Shown here piece after piece: positions 51,001 through 63,986 of a stretch of DNA of 64,000 nt. The position numbers and the translations under genes are program-made. The first letter of the stretch is position 1, and every line of letters begins with the position of its first letter. The notes below the pieces were generated by a model. The model saw only the letters and a list, made by a program, of their open reading frames with translations. It did not search any database and was not told the origin of the DNA. Origin of the DNA: Eledone cirrhosa. Lineage: Eukaryota. The stretch covers positions 47,554,001 to 47,618,000 of the forward strand of contig OZ024744.1 in the NCBI GenBank assembly GCA_964016885.1, read 5' to 3'.

Positions 51001-52892
51001 ATACGCTTAATTACATTAGTAAGCATTCCAACCAACCTGCCAGCATAACCATGAACCTGGTAAGAAACGTTTCGTTGAGGCTTTCCCGTCTATCTACTAA
51101 CGAGCATATTTTCAACGACCATTCCACTTATTACAATGAAGCTCGGAGTGGATTTGTCGATAAGGTAGCATATACAGAGTACGAGAATAGACCTAGAAGA
51201 AATAGATCCCGTCGCATTATATGGTATAACCCACCGTATAATATGGAGGTGGCCACACCATTAGCTAAGATCTTTCTATCCCTTATTACGAAGCATTTTC
51301 CCCCTACACATAAATATAGTAACATTTTTAATAGAAATACTATTAAAATTTCTTCCTCTACGACTCCTAACATTGCACATAACATCACAGCTTCAAATTT
51401 AGCTAAACTACCTAGCCGTAGGAACACGTGCCACCCTGTGGTTAGTATAAACTGTAATTGTAGGAATCGGGTTGATTGCCCGATATCCGGGAAATGCCTA
51501 TCTAGTAACATTGTCTACAAATATAAGGTTGAAACACCTACATAGGGTTAACCGCCAATAGATTCAAGCAGCGTCTTTACATGCATACCCATTCTTTTCG
51601 TTACCCTCTAAGAAGGAATATGACGTCACTTTCAGCTTATATCTGGAGTCTAAAAGACAACCACACCCAATATAAGTTACACTGGGAGATCCTAGCTAGG
51701 GCTAGATCGTATAACGGAAATAAAAGACCATGTGACCTCTGCGCCGCTGAGGCCCTGGAAATACTCTACGCCACAGACCACATCTTAAACAAAAAATCTG
51801 AGGCAATTTCGGCTTGTAAACATAAATTGCACAAAACTTTCCTGTATTACAGCCCCACATTATACCCTAACGGATAGTACGATCTATACGTGGATTTTTT
51901 ACGTCTTGATGTGGTAGCTAAGTATATGTTGTGTTTATACCATTACTTATTTGCATAGGTAAGTATATATTATCTGTATGTTTTGTGAAGGTACGCATAC
52001 TTTCTCGTACGTATATTTGATTGTATATGTTAGGGCGTATATTTTTCTATATTCTGGTACATATGCTTTTGGTTATGTGTTTACGGGAGTTTTGCGTCTG
52101 TGTGAGTATGCGGGTTCGTACGCATGTTGGGTGCGTGTATATGTGTACTTCATGTTTTGGTTGACGTTCGTCTCTGAATATTTCTGTATATACATGTAGG
52201 TATGTGCGTGCGCTTGTTATATACGTATTTATTTATTTATATACGTTTATTTAATTACTTATTTATTTGTATACACGCACACACACACACACACACATAT
52301 TTATATGTGTGTGGTTTTGTATACCTATGGCGAGTGTTTTCGCGTATGCTTGTGTATGTACGTATTTGGATTCGGGTGTGTATTTATTTATTTCTATTAC
52401 TTCTGTATTGTATTTATTTATTTTGTTCTTAACTCTGTAGCGGAGATTCATTCGGTCTCCTAGTTAGAATTTAGTCTACAACTTCTGCTATACCATTTAC
52501 GTGGTTTTGTCTTTGCGTGCTATTGTTCTCCACGCTCCACATATGACGTATTATCTTCGTTTTTTTTCGTTCATTGCCAGAGAACGTCTCTATGGACCAC
52601 CTAAGAGAACATTAGTCTACGACTTCTTTTATACCATGAACGTGATTCTGTCTTTGCATGTAATTGTTTTTCACCGCTCCTATTAATGACGTATTATATT
52701 CGTTTTTTCCCGTTTTTGCCAGGGAACGTTTCAACGAACCAAAGTATCGTCTTCCTGTCTTCCTCCGGTTGCAACGTTTTTTGAAATATCCACTTCTGCG
52801 TTTACAGATTGACTTTGTTAGTTTCAGAAGATCCCGTTAAGGGTGAAAGCAGCGATTCTTTGCTTTAACTTTAATCTGTTATTTTAATAAAT
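48063..52892 (+). mobile_element. Near full-length Penelope-like element (Hydra-clade-like, family B): inverted 3' copy, partial direct pLTR, ORF, pLTR
   Basis: 48150..49394 is the reverse complement of 51648..52892; 49395..49843 is a direct partial pLTR; ORF 49844..51877. Confidence 0.93.
49844..51877 (+). pseudogene. PLE RT + GIY-YIG ORF with several frameshifts
   Basis: FIKRLRWRA, SDKTGNLY, IRLINP.KSD, FIQFDINNYYSSI, FDVSMG, LYRDDGL, VNYLDVTLNL, WYNPPY, CNCRNRVDCP, TSLSAYIW, CDLC..E, LNKKSE..SAC.H. Confidence 0.93.
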
Positions 52893-53280
52893 ATATATGT
52901 ATATATATAAAGACACATATGTATGTATAAGATCCAAACACACACACATATATGTACACACACGCACATATATGTAATATAGATGTGTGTATGTATGGAC
53001 GTACGCACACACACAAGTATAAATATATCAGGGATATACGCCCCACAGGGAGCAATTTGTATATAATAGGGGCCAATTAGAAGCAGAAAAGTTTGGGGAC
53101 CACTGAAGACAACAAATCGTTCTTTTTATTTTATTACAATTGAGTTCAAATCCCGCCAAGGAAAACTTTGCCTTTCATCCTTACGGGGTCGATAAAATAA
53201 AGTACCAGTAATACACTGAGTAATTGCTGGCCTTGTGCCAAATGTAGAAACAATTATTATTATCATATATATATATATAT

Positions 53281-55062
53281 GACGCTGATAAAAAGGAAGC
53301 TTGGTAGTGTCACTACGAAAGGCGTCTAAATGAGGAGAATAAATGGGAGAAAGACAGTCTTCCCCACATCAATAGTCTTCCCCACATCAATCCAATAGAG
53401 GGAACAGCAGTGCAAGTTGAGGGTAGTATAATAAGAAAGGCAATCAAAGAAATGAAGACGGGTAAGGCGGCTGGGCCTTCGGAAATAGTTGCTGAAATGC
53501 TGAAATCATCTGGAACGGTGGGACACACTATGGTCACCCGGATAGTAAACCAAGTCATACAGAATGGGGCCGTTCCGAAGGACTGGCGTAGCAGCATCAT
53601 CATTAACTGCTACAAGGGTAAAGGAGATGCCCTAGATATGGGAAACTATAGAGGCATTAAATTAATCGACCAGGTCATGAAGGTCACAGAAAAAGTAATA
53701 GCGCAACTAATCAGAGAACGAATTGATCTAGATGAAATGCAGTTCGGGTTTGTGTCAGGTAAAAGTAAACCAGACGTTCTTTTCATTGTACGACAACTAC
53801 AGGAGAAGTACCTAGCTAAAAGTAAACCCCTATACTTAGCTTTTGTTGACTTGGAGAAAGCCTTTGACAGAGTCCCCCGCTCCATTATCTGGTGGGCTGT
53901 TAGAAAACTAGGTGTTCATGAAATGGCTTGTGAGAGCTATACAAGACATGTATAAAGAAACAGTCAGCAAGGTTAGAATTAACAACGAATATAGTGAAGA
54001 GTTTAGCGTAAAAGTTGGTGTTCATCAGGGCTCCGTTCTTAACCCCCTACTATTTATTATTGCCCTTCAGGCTATAACAGAGGAGTTCAAGACCGGATGC
54101 CCATGGGAAGTCTATATGCAGATGATCTAATGTTCATAGCTGAATCAATGGCTGAATTAGAGAAGAAATTCTAAACATGGAAGCATGGCCTAGATTCAAA
54201 AGGCCTTAAAGTTAACTTGTTTTAGACTAAAGTTCTAGTTTGTAGGAAGGAAAATAGGGCACCGGTCCCATCTGGGAAATGGCCATGCTCAGTGTGTAGG
54301 AAAGGAGTAGGCAGAAACTTGATTTTATGTCCCAAATGCAAAGTATGGGTGCATAAAAGATGTAGTGGGATCACAGGTGAGCTAACTAAGAATGTAGATT
54401 TTATATGTGGCCGGTGCTCTGGTGCAATAAGTAGCAGCAAGTGCCCACAGAATACTAGCTCATTCCATTGCACAGATGGTTCTATAGAAATAGTGGACAC
54501 CTTTCGTTACCTGAGTGACAAAATCAGCAGTGGGGGAGGGTGCCCTGAAAGTACAGTAGCTAGAGTCAGAACAGGATGGAAAAAGTTCAGAGAGCTTATA
54601 CCACTATTGGCCGCTAAAGGCTTCTCTCTAAAAATGAAAGGCAGGCTGTATGATGCCTGCATACGAACAGCAATGTTACATGGTAGTGAGACCTGGGCCT
54701 TGTGTGCAGAGGATCTACGCAGACTGGAGAGGAACGAAGCTTGCATGCTCCGCTGGATGTGTAATAGTAATTAATATACGTGAACGGCAAAGCATAAACG
54801 ACCTAAGGGAGAAATTAGGAATAAGAGGGATCAGATGTTGTTTACTCGAGAGAAGACTACGTTGCTACGGTCACGTGATGCGCATGAAAGACGACAGCTG
54901 TATAAAAAAAGTGCAGGGCGATAAAAATAGACGGTAGCCACGGAGTAGGCAGACCCAGAAAAACATGGGACGACTTGATAAATTCCGACCTCACACACTT
55001 ACACCTCTCCAAGACAATGACACTGGACCGAGATCTTTGGCGCTACACAGTAATAGAGAAAA
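53281..55062 (+). mobile_element. RTE-clade LINE fragment (RT with intact PHD finger)
   Basis: ORFs 53410..53955, 53912..54130, 54292..54774, 54650..54937; very similar to the 20717..23093 copy. Confidence 0.94.
54286..54417 (+). other. C4HC3 PHD-type zinc finger inside the RT; also 19489..19622+, ~15170..15305-, ~12490..12620-, partly deleted ~21760..21866-
   Basis: CSVC-x10-CPKC-KVWV-HKRC-x14-CGRC, between the KTK motif and FRYL(G/S). Confidence 0.85.
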
Positions 55063-55289
55063 CCCGAATGTGTGTGTGTGTCCTTCTTTCTGTTTTTCAG
55101 TGTTCCCCAATATTCTCTGCTTCAAATTAACCCCTATTATATACAAATTGCTCCCTGTGGGACGTATATCCCTGATATATATATAATTGTGTGTGTGTGT
55201 GTGTGTGCACGTGCATTCACACACACTTATTTTACATTTATGTGCGTGTGTGTACATATATTTGTGTGTTTGGATGTTATATATACGTA

Positions 55290-55338
<49 letters not shown>

Positions 55339-55381
55339 ATGTCTGTGTGTGGGGTCCTCCTTTCAGTTTTTCGCTGCTATT

Positions 55382-55423
<42 letters not shown>

Positions 55424-55924
55424 ACTTCAAAATATTAATAAATATAGACATTCATGTGATCAACTTTGCCTTTCATACATTCAAGGTTGATAACAAAAAG
55501 TACCAGTCTACCACAGGGGTCTGTTCTTCCTCTTTATATTTCTTTCTCATTTCCTCTCTCTCCTTCTCTGGAAGAAATCACCTGTTCCAACCTGGTGAGT
55601 GAAGGGCTCCACCAAGTTTCAAATGTCCACAGTGACACCCCTATGATTCCATCAATGCAAGAAAAACAAAACAAGATTGATGTGTTTATATGTGTTATTT
55701 TACAAACACTAACTGGTTTATATTTATATTTGTGACAAAATATCCACATTTACGTGTAAATAAAAACAATTTTATAACTTTAATATTTGTTGATGGTACT
55801 TTCATGACAGTTCAAATTATGACTTTTGTTTAGAAATAATTCACATTTGAAAATACTTTACAATTTTCTTCTCTTGTCAAACAAAGGTTTGGTAGGACCC
55901 TTCAGTTCTATCAAAGACATGACA

Positions 55925-56070
55925 ACATCTTTAGTACTGGTGCCACAATAAAATACACTCAGTAGAATGTGGGACCATATGTAAGAGAGATGTGGTCTCG
56001 CACTGCACCCTGGTTTTTAAAGACCTGTCCCACCCTTGCTAGCAGGGAAAATAGACATTAAATGATGATC
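55925..56070 (+). mobile_element. RTE 3'-end fragment
   Basis: GACCTGTCCCACCCTTGCTAGCAGGGAAAATAGACATTAAATGATGAT, like the 3' end of the 14477 copy. Confidence 0.65.
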
Positions 56071-56256
56071 TATGATGTCATTGGTGCCAAGCTGTTTCAG
56101 CTATTCCCTTGGACAACATTATATATAATGTGTATATATTGTGTTTATGTAGCATGTACTCTATATATGCAGTATTTATATATAGTCTATATATTGTGTA
56201 TATGTGCTACATACACTATATACATATTATTTATTATATAGTGTATATTTTGTGTA

Positions 56257-56870
56257 TCATCATTATATCTACGTTTCCATGCTTACATGGGTTGGACGGC
56301 TCCTTCTTAGCACGACATCTCTCCACATGATGCATTCCTTCGTCACCTCCTCTTCCAGTCTTCACGATTTGAATTAAGCTCTCACAACATTTGCTTTCTT
56401 GGTCATCCTCTACTGCGGCTTCCTTCCACTAGGATTTCCTCAGTTGGTCCAAGCTCTGTATTTCTCTAACATATCCGTTGCAGATCCAACAAAACATGGT
56501 TGCTTCATTTTAATCCAGCCTAATCGTATCATCTGCAGTCACAGCCCATGTTTCTCTACCATGCAGTATTGTGCACTTCACACAGGCTTTATATACCCTT
56601 CCTTTTGTGTGTAGGGAGAAACCTTATTTTATCAGCAGTAGTAGTTCACTAAACTTCCATCCTATCCTTATTCAAGCCATCATACTCTTGGTACATTGTC
56701 CTCTGCTGGTGATTAGGTCACATATATAGCAGAAGCTATTAACCACATCTATAGATTCTTCCTGTGACTGGAAACAGTTTATAACAGTAGCACACTTCCT
56801 CTCAAGTTCTGCTGTGCCTCGTCTACATGCAAAGTTCTCCCTTCCTGTTAGACTACTCATTACATCTTTT
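56257..56870 (-). mobile_element. Old RTE 3' fragment
   Basis: TCATCATT tail; SIDVVNSFCYICDLI..GQC; HGRETW-like codons at ~56545-56565. Confidence 0.75.
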
Positions 56871-56882
56871 GTGTACTATATA

Positions 56883-56936
<54 letters not shown>

Positions 56937-58806
56937 ATTAAAATACTGGAGCGTGTTGGAGCTAAACACCCTCTTCGTATTATAGAAATGACAGTAAAAG
57001 GTATAGCTCAATGTAATTAAACAGAGCCGATGAATTATGAAAGTAAAACAAAGAAGCCTTCAATACATCAAAAGTCTTTATTAGCCAACAATGTTTCGTC
57101 CTATTAAGGACTCATCTGGACAATTAAAACAACAAGAAGTATTATCGGCCAATACAAGCCGAAAACTCCGAAGAATATGGAGTGTACATACACTAAAGTA
57201 TTGCAAGATTATGGGTAAAAATATATAATAGAAATATATAATAAAAATCACTAAGGAGGTGTATAACATTTAGAACCATATTACAAATATAGTCCAAAGC
57301 AAAAAAAACCTCGAGCTAAACAAAGGTGGTTATATAGAGCGGGAATTATATATCATACCATATAAAATAATATAATATACTTGTAACAATATTAAAATTA
57401 CAATAAAAATTAAAAGGTACAATATATATATGTATATATGTACGCACACGTACGCACACATACACATACATCAATACACATATCCATCTTCAACAGCACA
57501 AATTAAACCTTATTAAGTGTTTAAATATAAATAAGCATGATAGGAATAAAAATAATAATAATAATAATAATACGTATATCTAATATACATGAGGTAATAA
57601 TATGATATGATTATAAGCAGCACATATAATATATAATAAACTATACAATTATATACCATATAATATAATATAATATAATAGATAATCACCGGTTAATTTA
57701 CGCAAACAATATAGATGTCACAATAATACTATAATAATAATATAATAACATATATAATACATAACATATAATGGCATGCAAGTTAACAAATCAATTCATA
57801 TAGAGTTACAGAGTAGGTGAGAAAAAATATAAATTATACAATACACAAAATTATGATGGTACAAAAATATAAACCTCTTACATGATATATAAAGTTCAAC
57901 ATATCGTAATGGTACAATATAATCAACGGTAAGTAATAAGGATCGATAGTACAATAACAAATATAATATAAAATAATTAACATAATATAATATATAATTA
58001 CTTATAATTACAAGGTAGGTAAACAGACATATATGTGGATGAGTGAGTAAGGGCCAGACAGTAAATAGAATGCACAGTAGTATTAATAAATAAATAAATA
58101 AATAAATAGAATCAACCGGAAATTAAAAAACAAGAACAAAAGTATATACTTAGGTCTCACATACAGTTAAGTAAAAACTTAGGAAACAACCCCAGTAAAT
58201 GACTCGAAAACCCTATTTGATAAATTAATATTAAAAATATTTAAAATATCTAATAAGGCAATACAATATTAGCTATGGTTTAAGTAATCAAAATTTATAA
58301 ACGTTAGTATTTAACTACAAATATATATATAAGGAATGAAATTTTCTACTATCATTTACATAACGATATCTAAAAAACTGACCTAAGCAGAATTATGGTA
58401 GGCTAATAGGGACAGAAAAAAAGAAATGTATGGAGCATACAAAGGAGCATAAAATCAGCCAATATACTATATTAAATAATAGAAAGGAGCGTAAAAGAGG
58501 GGGGGGGATTAAATATAATCATAATCTATTTGAAGGGGTTGACAATAAGTTTAGTACGTATGGGGGGGGGTATCCAAGAAGAATCCAAGTAAAATAAAAT
58601 AAAATAAAATGAAATAAAATAAAATAATGTAAAATATATAATCAGATATATACTCATAATGCGTAAGAAGATAGATATGGTATAGTAGCCAAAAGATTAT
58701 GAGAGCTAGAATAAAGAGTTGTCAAAAACCAATGATAATAATGATGATAATAATGGTGGTAAACAAAAAGAACCTAAACTAAAAAATAAGTAATGGAATA
58801 TATCAG

Positions 58807-59090
58807 CTAATGGATACAATTTATACTACTAGAACCATTGGGTTTATAATAAAAGTAAGAATTAGAAATAGCGTGGGGGCAAGAAGAAAATATCTCAGAC
58901 TTTCTATTAAGTAAGGATTCGCTAGAGAAAATTATAGAGTGTGTCTCGAGGATACAGAGATTACAAAATTTAGTATGTGTAGAAAGGTTATTAGAGCGTG
59001 CTACTAAACGCCAATTAAGGCTATATGGTATATTAGCCCCCTTAAGATCCCAGATATAGTGTGCTAAAGAAGTAGAATTCTTAAACGTAA
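58807..59090 (-). pseudogene. C-terminal half of a GIY-YIG endonuclease in the inverted arm
   Basis: KNSTSLAHYIWDLK...LNW.LVARS...CNLCILE..SI...LLNRKSEIFSSCPH. Confidence 0.85.
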
Positions 59091-60300
59091 CATGTTTACT
59101 AGCAGCCCGTAGAACTATTATTAAATTTGAGGACACATTTTGGACCCGTAAAAACACGCCCAACAATTTCGACGTTACAATGGGTTCGAGTGATTCGGCC
59201 CCGGTAACTGATCTTGTTGGGTTGTTCCTCCTAAATGAACTATATGTTACTTTTCCGCACTTTAAAGGCGGACTATATCGTGATGATGCATTGTTTCTAA
59301 TTAACTCTAGCACCAACAATGTCGAGCATAATAAGAAGCTTTATAAGTTTTTTAAAAGCTATAACCTTTCGATCACAATAGATAGAAACGATAGAGCGGT
59401 CAACTTTTTAGATGTGACTTTGGACTTGGTCACTAATAGTTTTAAACCCTTCCTTAAGCCTAATGAAATAATTTCTTATTTTAGTCCCTATTCTAACCAC
59501 CCCAAATCTATGATAAGCTCTATAATTAAGGGTGTATCTAATAGGATTTCCACACTTTCTAAGGACGTAGGAACATTTAATGAACATGCGGAGTACTATA
59601 ATAATGCCCTAGCAAATTCCGGTTACTCTAGTAAAATACATTATAATAATAGTAACCTTAGAAAGTCTCCGCTTACTTATAATAATAATAACATAATATC
59701 ACATAACATGGCCATGAATGGGAGTAGGAAATATAATAACCGTAAAAATTACATAGGTGTATCTGAACCCATCCATAAGTTAACCCACGGGACTCGTAAT
59801 AGGGAATATAATACCTCTAGGAAACAAGTCGAACCCTCTGAGCGCTCACTCATTGGTGATAATTTTGCTAGATCTAATTCTAATATTGTTGCTTCTACTG
59901 ATCCTATTATTGGCCCTAATCCTTTTGATGGGATTCCAGACGACAGCAGATCTACTGGAGGTAGAAACAGTAAGAGACTTAATGGAATGTTGGCTGATTC
60001 TAATAATGCGGTTTTAACTAATCCTTGTAGTAACCCTAGTCTTAATGGTGGGATATTAGATAATGGTAGAATCGGTAAGGATAAAAATAGAAGGAGACTA
60101 AATACTTATTTTAACCCGCCATATAATCAGGAAGTATTAACTAATATCCCTAGGTCTTTCTTTTCTATCTTAGAGAAAAATTTCCCCGCTTCTCATAAAT
60201 ACCATAGTATTTTTAATAAAAATGTTATTAAACTTTCATTCTCTACCACCCGTAATATTACTTCTCATTTAGCTAGCACTAACAATAGGAAAATTAGGGA
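59091..60300 (+). CDS. PLE RT fragment (palm, thumb, long Asn/Ser-rich linker), EN absent
   Basis: FDVTMGSSDSA.VTDLVGL, GGLYRDD, VNFLDVTLDL, SNHP, YFNPPY, KLSFST; open frame then joins the 3' UTR. Confidence 0.9.
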
Positions 60301-61846
60301 TGGATTCTCCTCTCTACATACTACTATATATCTGATTATATATTTTACATTATTTTATTTTATTTCATTTTATTTTATTTTATTTTACTTGGATAACCCC
60401 CCCCCCCCCCCATGCGTACATAAACTTATTGTCAACCCCTTCAAATAGATTATGATTATATTTAATCCCCTCCTCTTTTACGCTCCTTTCTATTATTTAA
60501 TATAGTATATTGACTGATTTTATGCTCCTTTGTATCCTCCATACATTTCTTTTTTTCTGTCACTATTAGCCTACCATAATTCTGCTTAGGTCAGTTTTTT
60601 AGATATCGTTATGTAAATGATAGTAGAAAATTTCATTCCTTATATATATATTTGTAGTTAAATACTAACGTTTATAAATTTTGATTACTTAAACCATAGC
60701 TAATATTGTATTGCCTTATTAGATATTTTAAATATTTTTAATATTAATTTATCAAATAGGGTTTTCGAGTCATTTACCGGGGTTGTTTCCTAAGTTTTTA
60801 CTTAACTGTATGTGAGACCTAAGTATATACTTTTGTTCTTGTTTTTTTAATTTCCGGTTGATTCTATTTATTTATTTATTTATTTATTAATACTACTGTG
60901 CATTCTATTTACTGTCTGGCCCTTACTCACTCATCCACATATATGTCTGTTTACCTACCTTGTAATTATAAGTAATTATATATTATATTATGTTAATTAT
61001 TTTATATTATATTTGTTATTGTACTATCGATCCTTATTACTTACCGTTGATTATATTGTACCATTACGATATGTTGAACTTTATATATCATGTAAGAGGT
61101 TTATATTTTTGTACCATCATAATTTTGGGTATTGTACAATTTATATTTTTTCTCACCTACTCTGTAACTCTATATGAATTGATTTGTTAACTTGCATGCC
61201 ATTATATGTTATGTATTATATATGTTATTATATTATTATTATAGTATTATTGTGACATCTATATTGTTTGCGTAAATTAACCGGTAATTATCTATTATAT
61301 TATATTATATGGTATATAATTGTATAGTTTATTATATATTATATGTGCTGCTTATAATCATATCATATTATTACCTCATGTATATTAGATATACGTATTA
61401 TTATTATTATTATTATTATTTTTATTCCTATCATGCTTATTTATATTTAAACACTTAATAAGGTTTAATTTGTGCTGTTGAAGATGGATGTGTGTATTGA
61501 TGTATGTGTATGTCTGCGTACGTGTGCGTACATATATACATATGTATATTGTACCTTTTAATTTTTATTGTAATTTTAATATTGTTACAAGTTTATTATA
61601 TTCTATTATATGGTATTATATATAATTCCCGCTCTATATAACCACCTTTGTTTAGCTCTAGTTTTTTTTTGCTTTGGACTATATTTGTATTATGGTTCTA
61701 AATGTTATACACCTCCTTAGTGATTTTTATTATATATTTCTATTATATATTTTTACCCATAATCTTGCAATACTTTAGTATATGTACACTCCATATTCTT
61801 CGGAGTTTTCGGCTTGTATTGGCCGATAATACTTCTTGTTGTTTTA

Positions 61847-61890
61847 ATTGCCCTGATGAGTCCTTAATAGGACGAAACATTGTTGGCTAA
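61847..61890 (+). ncRNA. Canonical minimal type I hammerhead; mirror copy 57082..57124(-) has CAGATGA
   Basis: GCC-CTGATGA-GTCCT TAAT AGGAC-GAAAC ATT GTT-GGC-T-AATAAA. Confidence 0.85.
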
Positions 61891-62323
61891 TAAAGACTTT
61901 TGATGTATTGAAGGCTTCTTTGTTTTACTTTCATAATATATATATATATATATATATATGCAAATGAGTAGCGAAATCTATCTACACGTTGATCCCTGGG
62001 TCACATTTAATGGTCATTTTCTGTGTGAACTCCCTTTGGGCATCAACAGGCCTGAGATTGGGCGACCTCAAGCCTTGGAGACAGAGGACGTGACATAGAT
62101 AAACAGCCCGCCTTAGATCAGGCCAAGCAGTTTGGAGCATTTCTTTATAGAGTAAACATGTAAACTATTGCTTTCCACAGACGCCTTTGGTCTCAGTGAC
62201 TCTTACTCTCTCTTTCACCCAATCTCTCTCTCTTGGTCTCTCTCTCCACCCAGCCAGTGAAGTTCATGAAGTTTTTTTGATAAATACCATTTTAACTCTA
62301 CTTTGAAAGAAACAAGTAATAAA

Positions 62324-62386
<63 letters not shown>

Positions 62387-62387
62387 A

Positions 62388-62803
62388 AGACCTTACTTCC
62401 CTACGTACAAAGCTAACCTACACTCAGTAGGCACCTCTTAACCAAATATACACCCGAACACACTACCCCTACTCCATTCTCCCACTCCCACCAACACCAC
62501 CCTTTCTCTGTAAAGCTATGTTGGTACCAGAACATCCCATCCAAACTAAAGTGGTCATGCAGGTGTCATGACAAAATAATACCCAGTCCACACTGTAAAG
62601 TGGTCATGTAGGATACACAGTAAAAAGCTTCCCAGTCAATAGTGTAAATGTGGTTGGTGTAGGGAAGGGCATCCAGCCATAGAAAATCTGCCAGATACAG
62701 TCCTATACAAGCGAGACACGTTCACCCAATCAATCTTGCCACAAGTGGGACAAATCCCCTCTAACCCTTCCTAGCATGGAAGCTAGACGTTAAATGATGA
62801 TGA
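62388..62803 (+). mobile_element. RTE 3' UTR fragment
   Basis: Matches 20240-20613; tail GACGTTAAATGATGATGAT; contains two satellite-like units. Confidence 0.88.
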
Positions 62804-62914
62804 TATGTATATATATATATAGAGAGAGAGAGATATAGATATGCATATGTACTCACACACATATTTATAAATGTGTATAAAAACGCATATATATATATAT
62901 AGGGAAGTCATACA

Positions 62915-63020
62915 TCCTATTATGTGTTCAATTCTCAGCTAGGGAGGTACATTGTGTCCTTAAGCAAAACACATCATTCCACATGTCTCTAATCTCCACA
63001 GCTGAAAAAGACAAGTAGCA
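62915..63020 (+). mobile_element. Degenerate SINE fragment (second family)
   Basis: GTTCAATTCTC B-box-like motif followed by TTGTGTCCTTAAGCAAAACAC...CAGCTG. Confidence 0.45.
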
Positions 63021-63367
63021 GCTTTATTTGGAGGTTTAGCATGGGTTGGATCATTCTCTGCCTCCAACATTTTCCCTGCAGCCACAAACCCAGGTTTTAC
63101 TACCTGCAATAGAGAGAAGAGGGAGATAGTTAAATACCGGGGCCTGACAAACCACTTCCTTTTGTCCTCACACTGCTGATTTCCTTCTCAAAATTAGAAA
63201 GACAGCAGCCCACTTGAGGAAGTAGTCTCATGAGGTGGAGTGGATGTTGCAGTGGGTGTCTATGGCTATTCTCTGTCGTAACACCTTTACCATTTTGTCT
63301 GTAGGGTGGGGCTGAAAAACAGACAGACTGAAATATAAAGTCTGTCCCTCTCCCGTTATTTTCGTTG

Positions 63368-63547
63368 GATTGGCAGTATCCGTAGAGCGTTGGACGCCAT
63401 GCTTTGACATATAGAGTTATCCCCCTTCATGATCTGAGTTCAAATCCCACCAGGGTTAACTTTACCTTTCATCCTTACGAGGTCGATAAAATAAAGTACC
63501 AGTAATACACTGGATAATTGCTGGCCTTGTGCCAAAAGTAAAAACAA
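63368..63547 (+). mobile_element. tRNA-derived SINE with 12-bp TSD
   Basis: TTATTTTCGTTG at 63356..63367 and 63548..63559; GAGTTCAAATCCC B box. Confidence 0.88.
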
Positions 63548-63801
63548 TTATTTTCGTTGTTTGATTCGTTTTTTTTTTTTCCATTACTTAAATATTTTAT
63601 TACCTTTAATAATGTGTTTTGGTTTAATATGAACAGTTATATAACATTAATAATGTTATTTATTAAAATCTGAATAAAGTACTAGCATATCTATTGAACG
63701 TATGAATCTAAACTATAATAAAAGGAGGAGCGCGGGACTGCGTACTGTTTATAATTTTTTATCCCATTAGTAACATAAGTTGGATTACTTTGAATAAATA
63801 A

Positions 63802-63986
63802 TTGTTTCTACTTTAGGCACAAGGCCAGCAATTACCCAGCGCATTACTGGTACTTTATTTTATCGACCCCGTAAGGATGAAAGGCAAAGTCAACCTCGGT
63901 GGGATTTGAACTCAAATCGTAAAGGGACGTAACTATGCTGGAAAGCATGGCGTCCGACCCTCTACTGATACTGCCAATTCACCACC
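63802..63986 (-). mobile_element. Full-length tRNA-derived SINE with >=14-bp TSD
   Basis: CTTTGAATAAATAA at 63788..63801 and 63987..64000. Confidence 0.9.

Larger units (their letters stand above)
56935..61937. mobile_element. Penelope-like element (Hydra-clade-like) with ~1.6-kb inverted arms 57034..58652 and 60325..61937
   Basis: Reverse-complement arms (identical ORF calls 57081..57269- and 61702..61890+); (TA)n flanks. Confidence 0.93.

Noticed and set aside
54292-54774. Host PHD-protein exon captured once
   Set aside because: The finger is at the same in-frame position in several RTE subfamilies, so it is an integral element domain
58807-59319. 170-aa standalone gene
   Set aside because: Chimera of antisense RT and an EN C-terminus across an inversion junction
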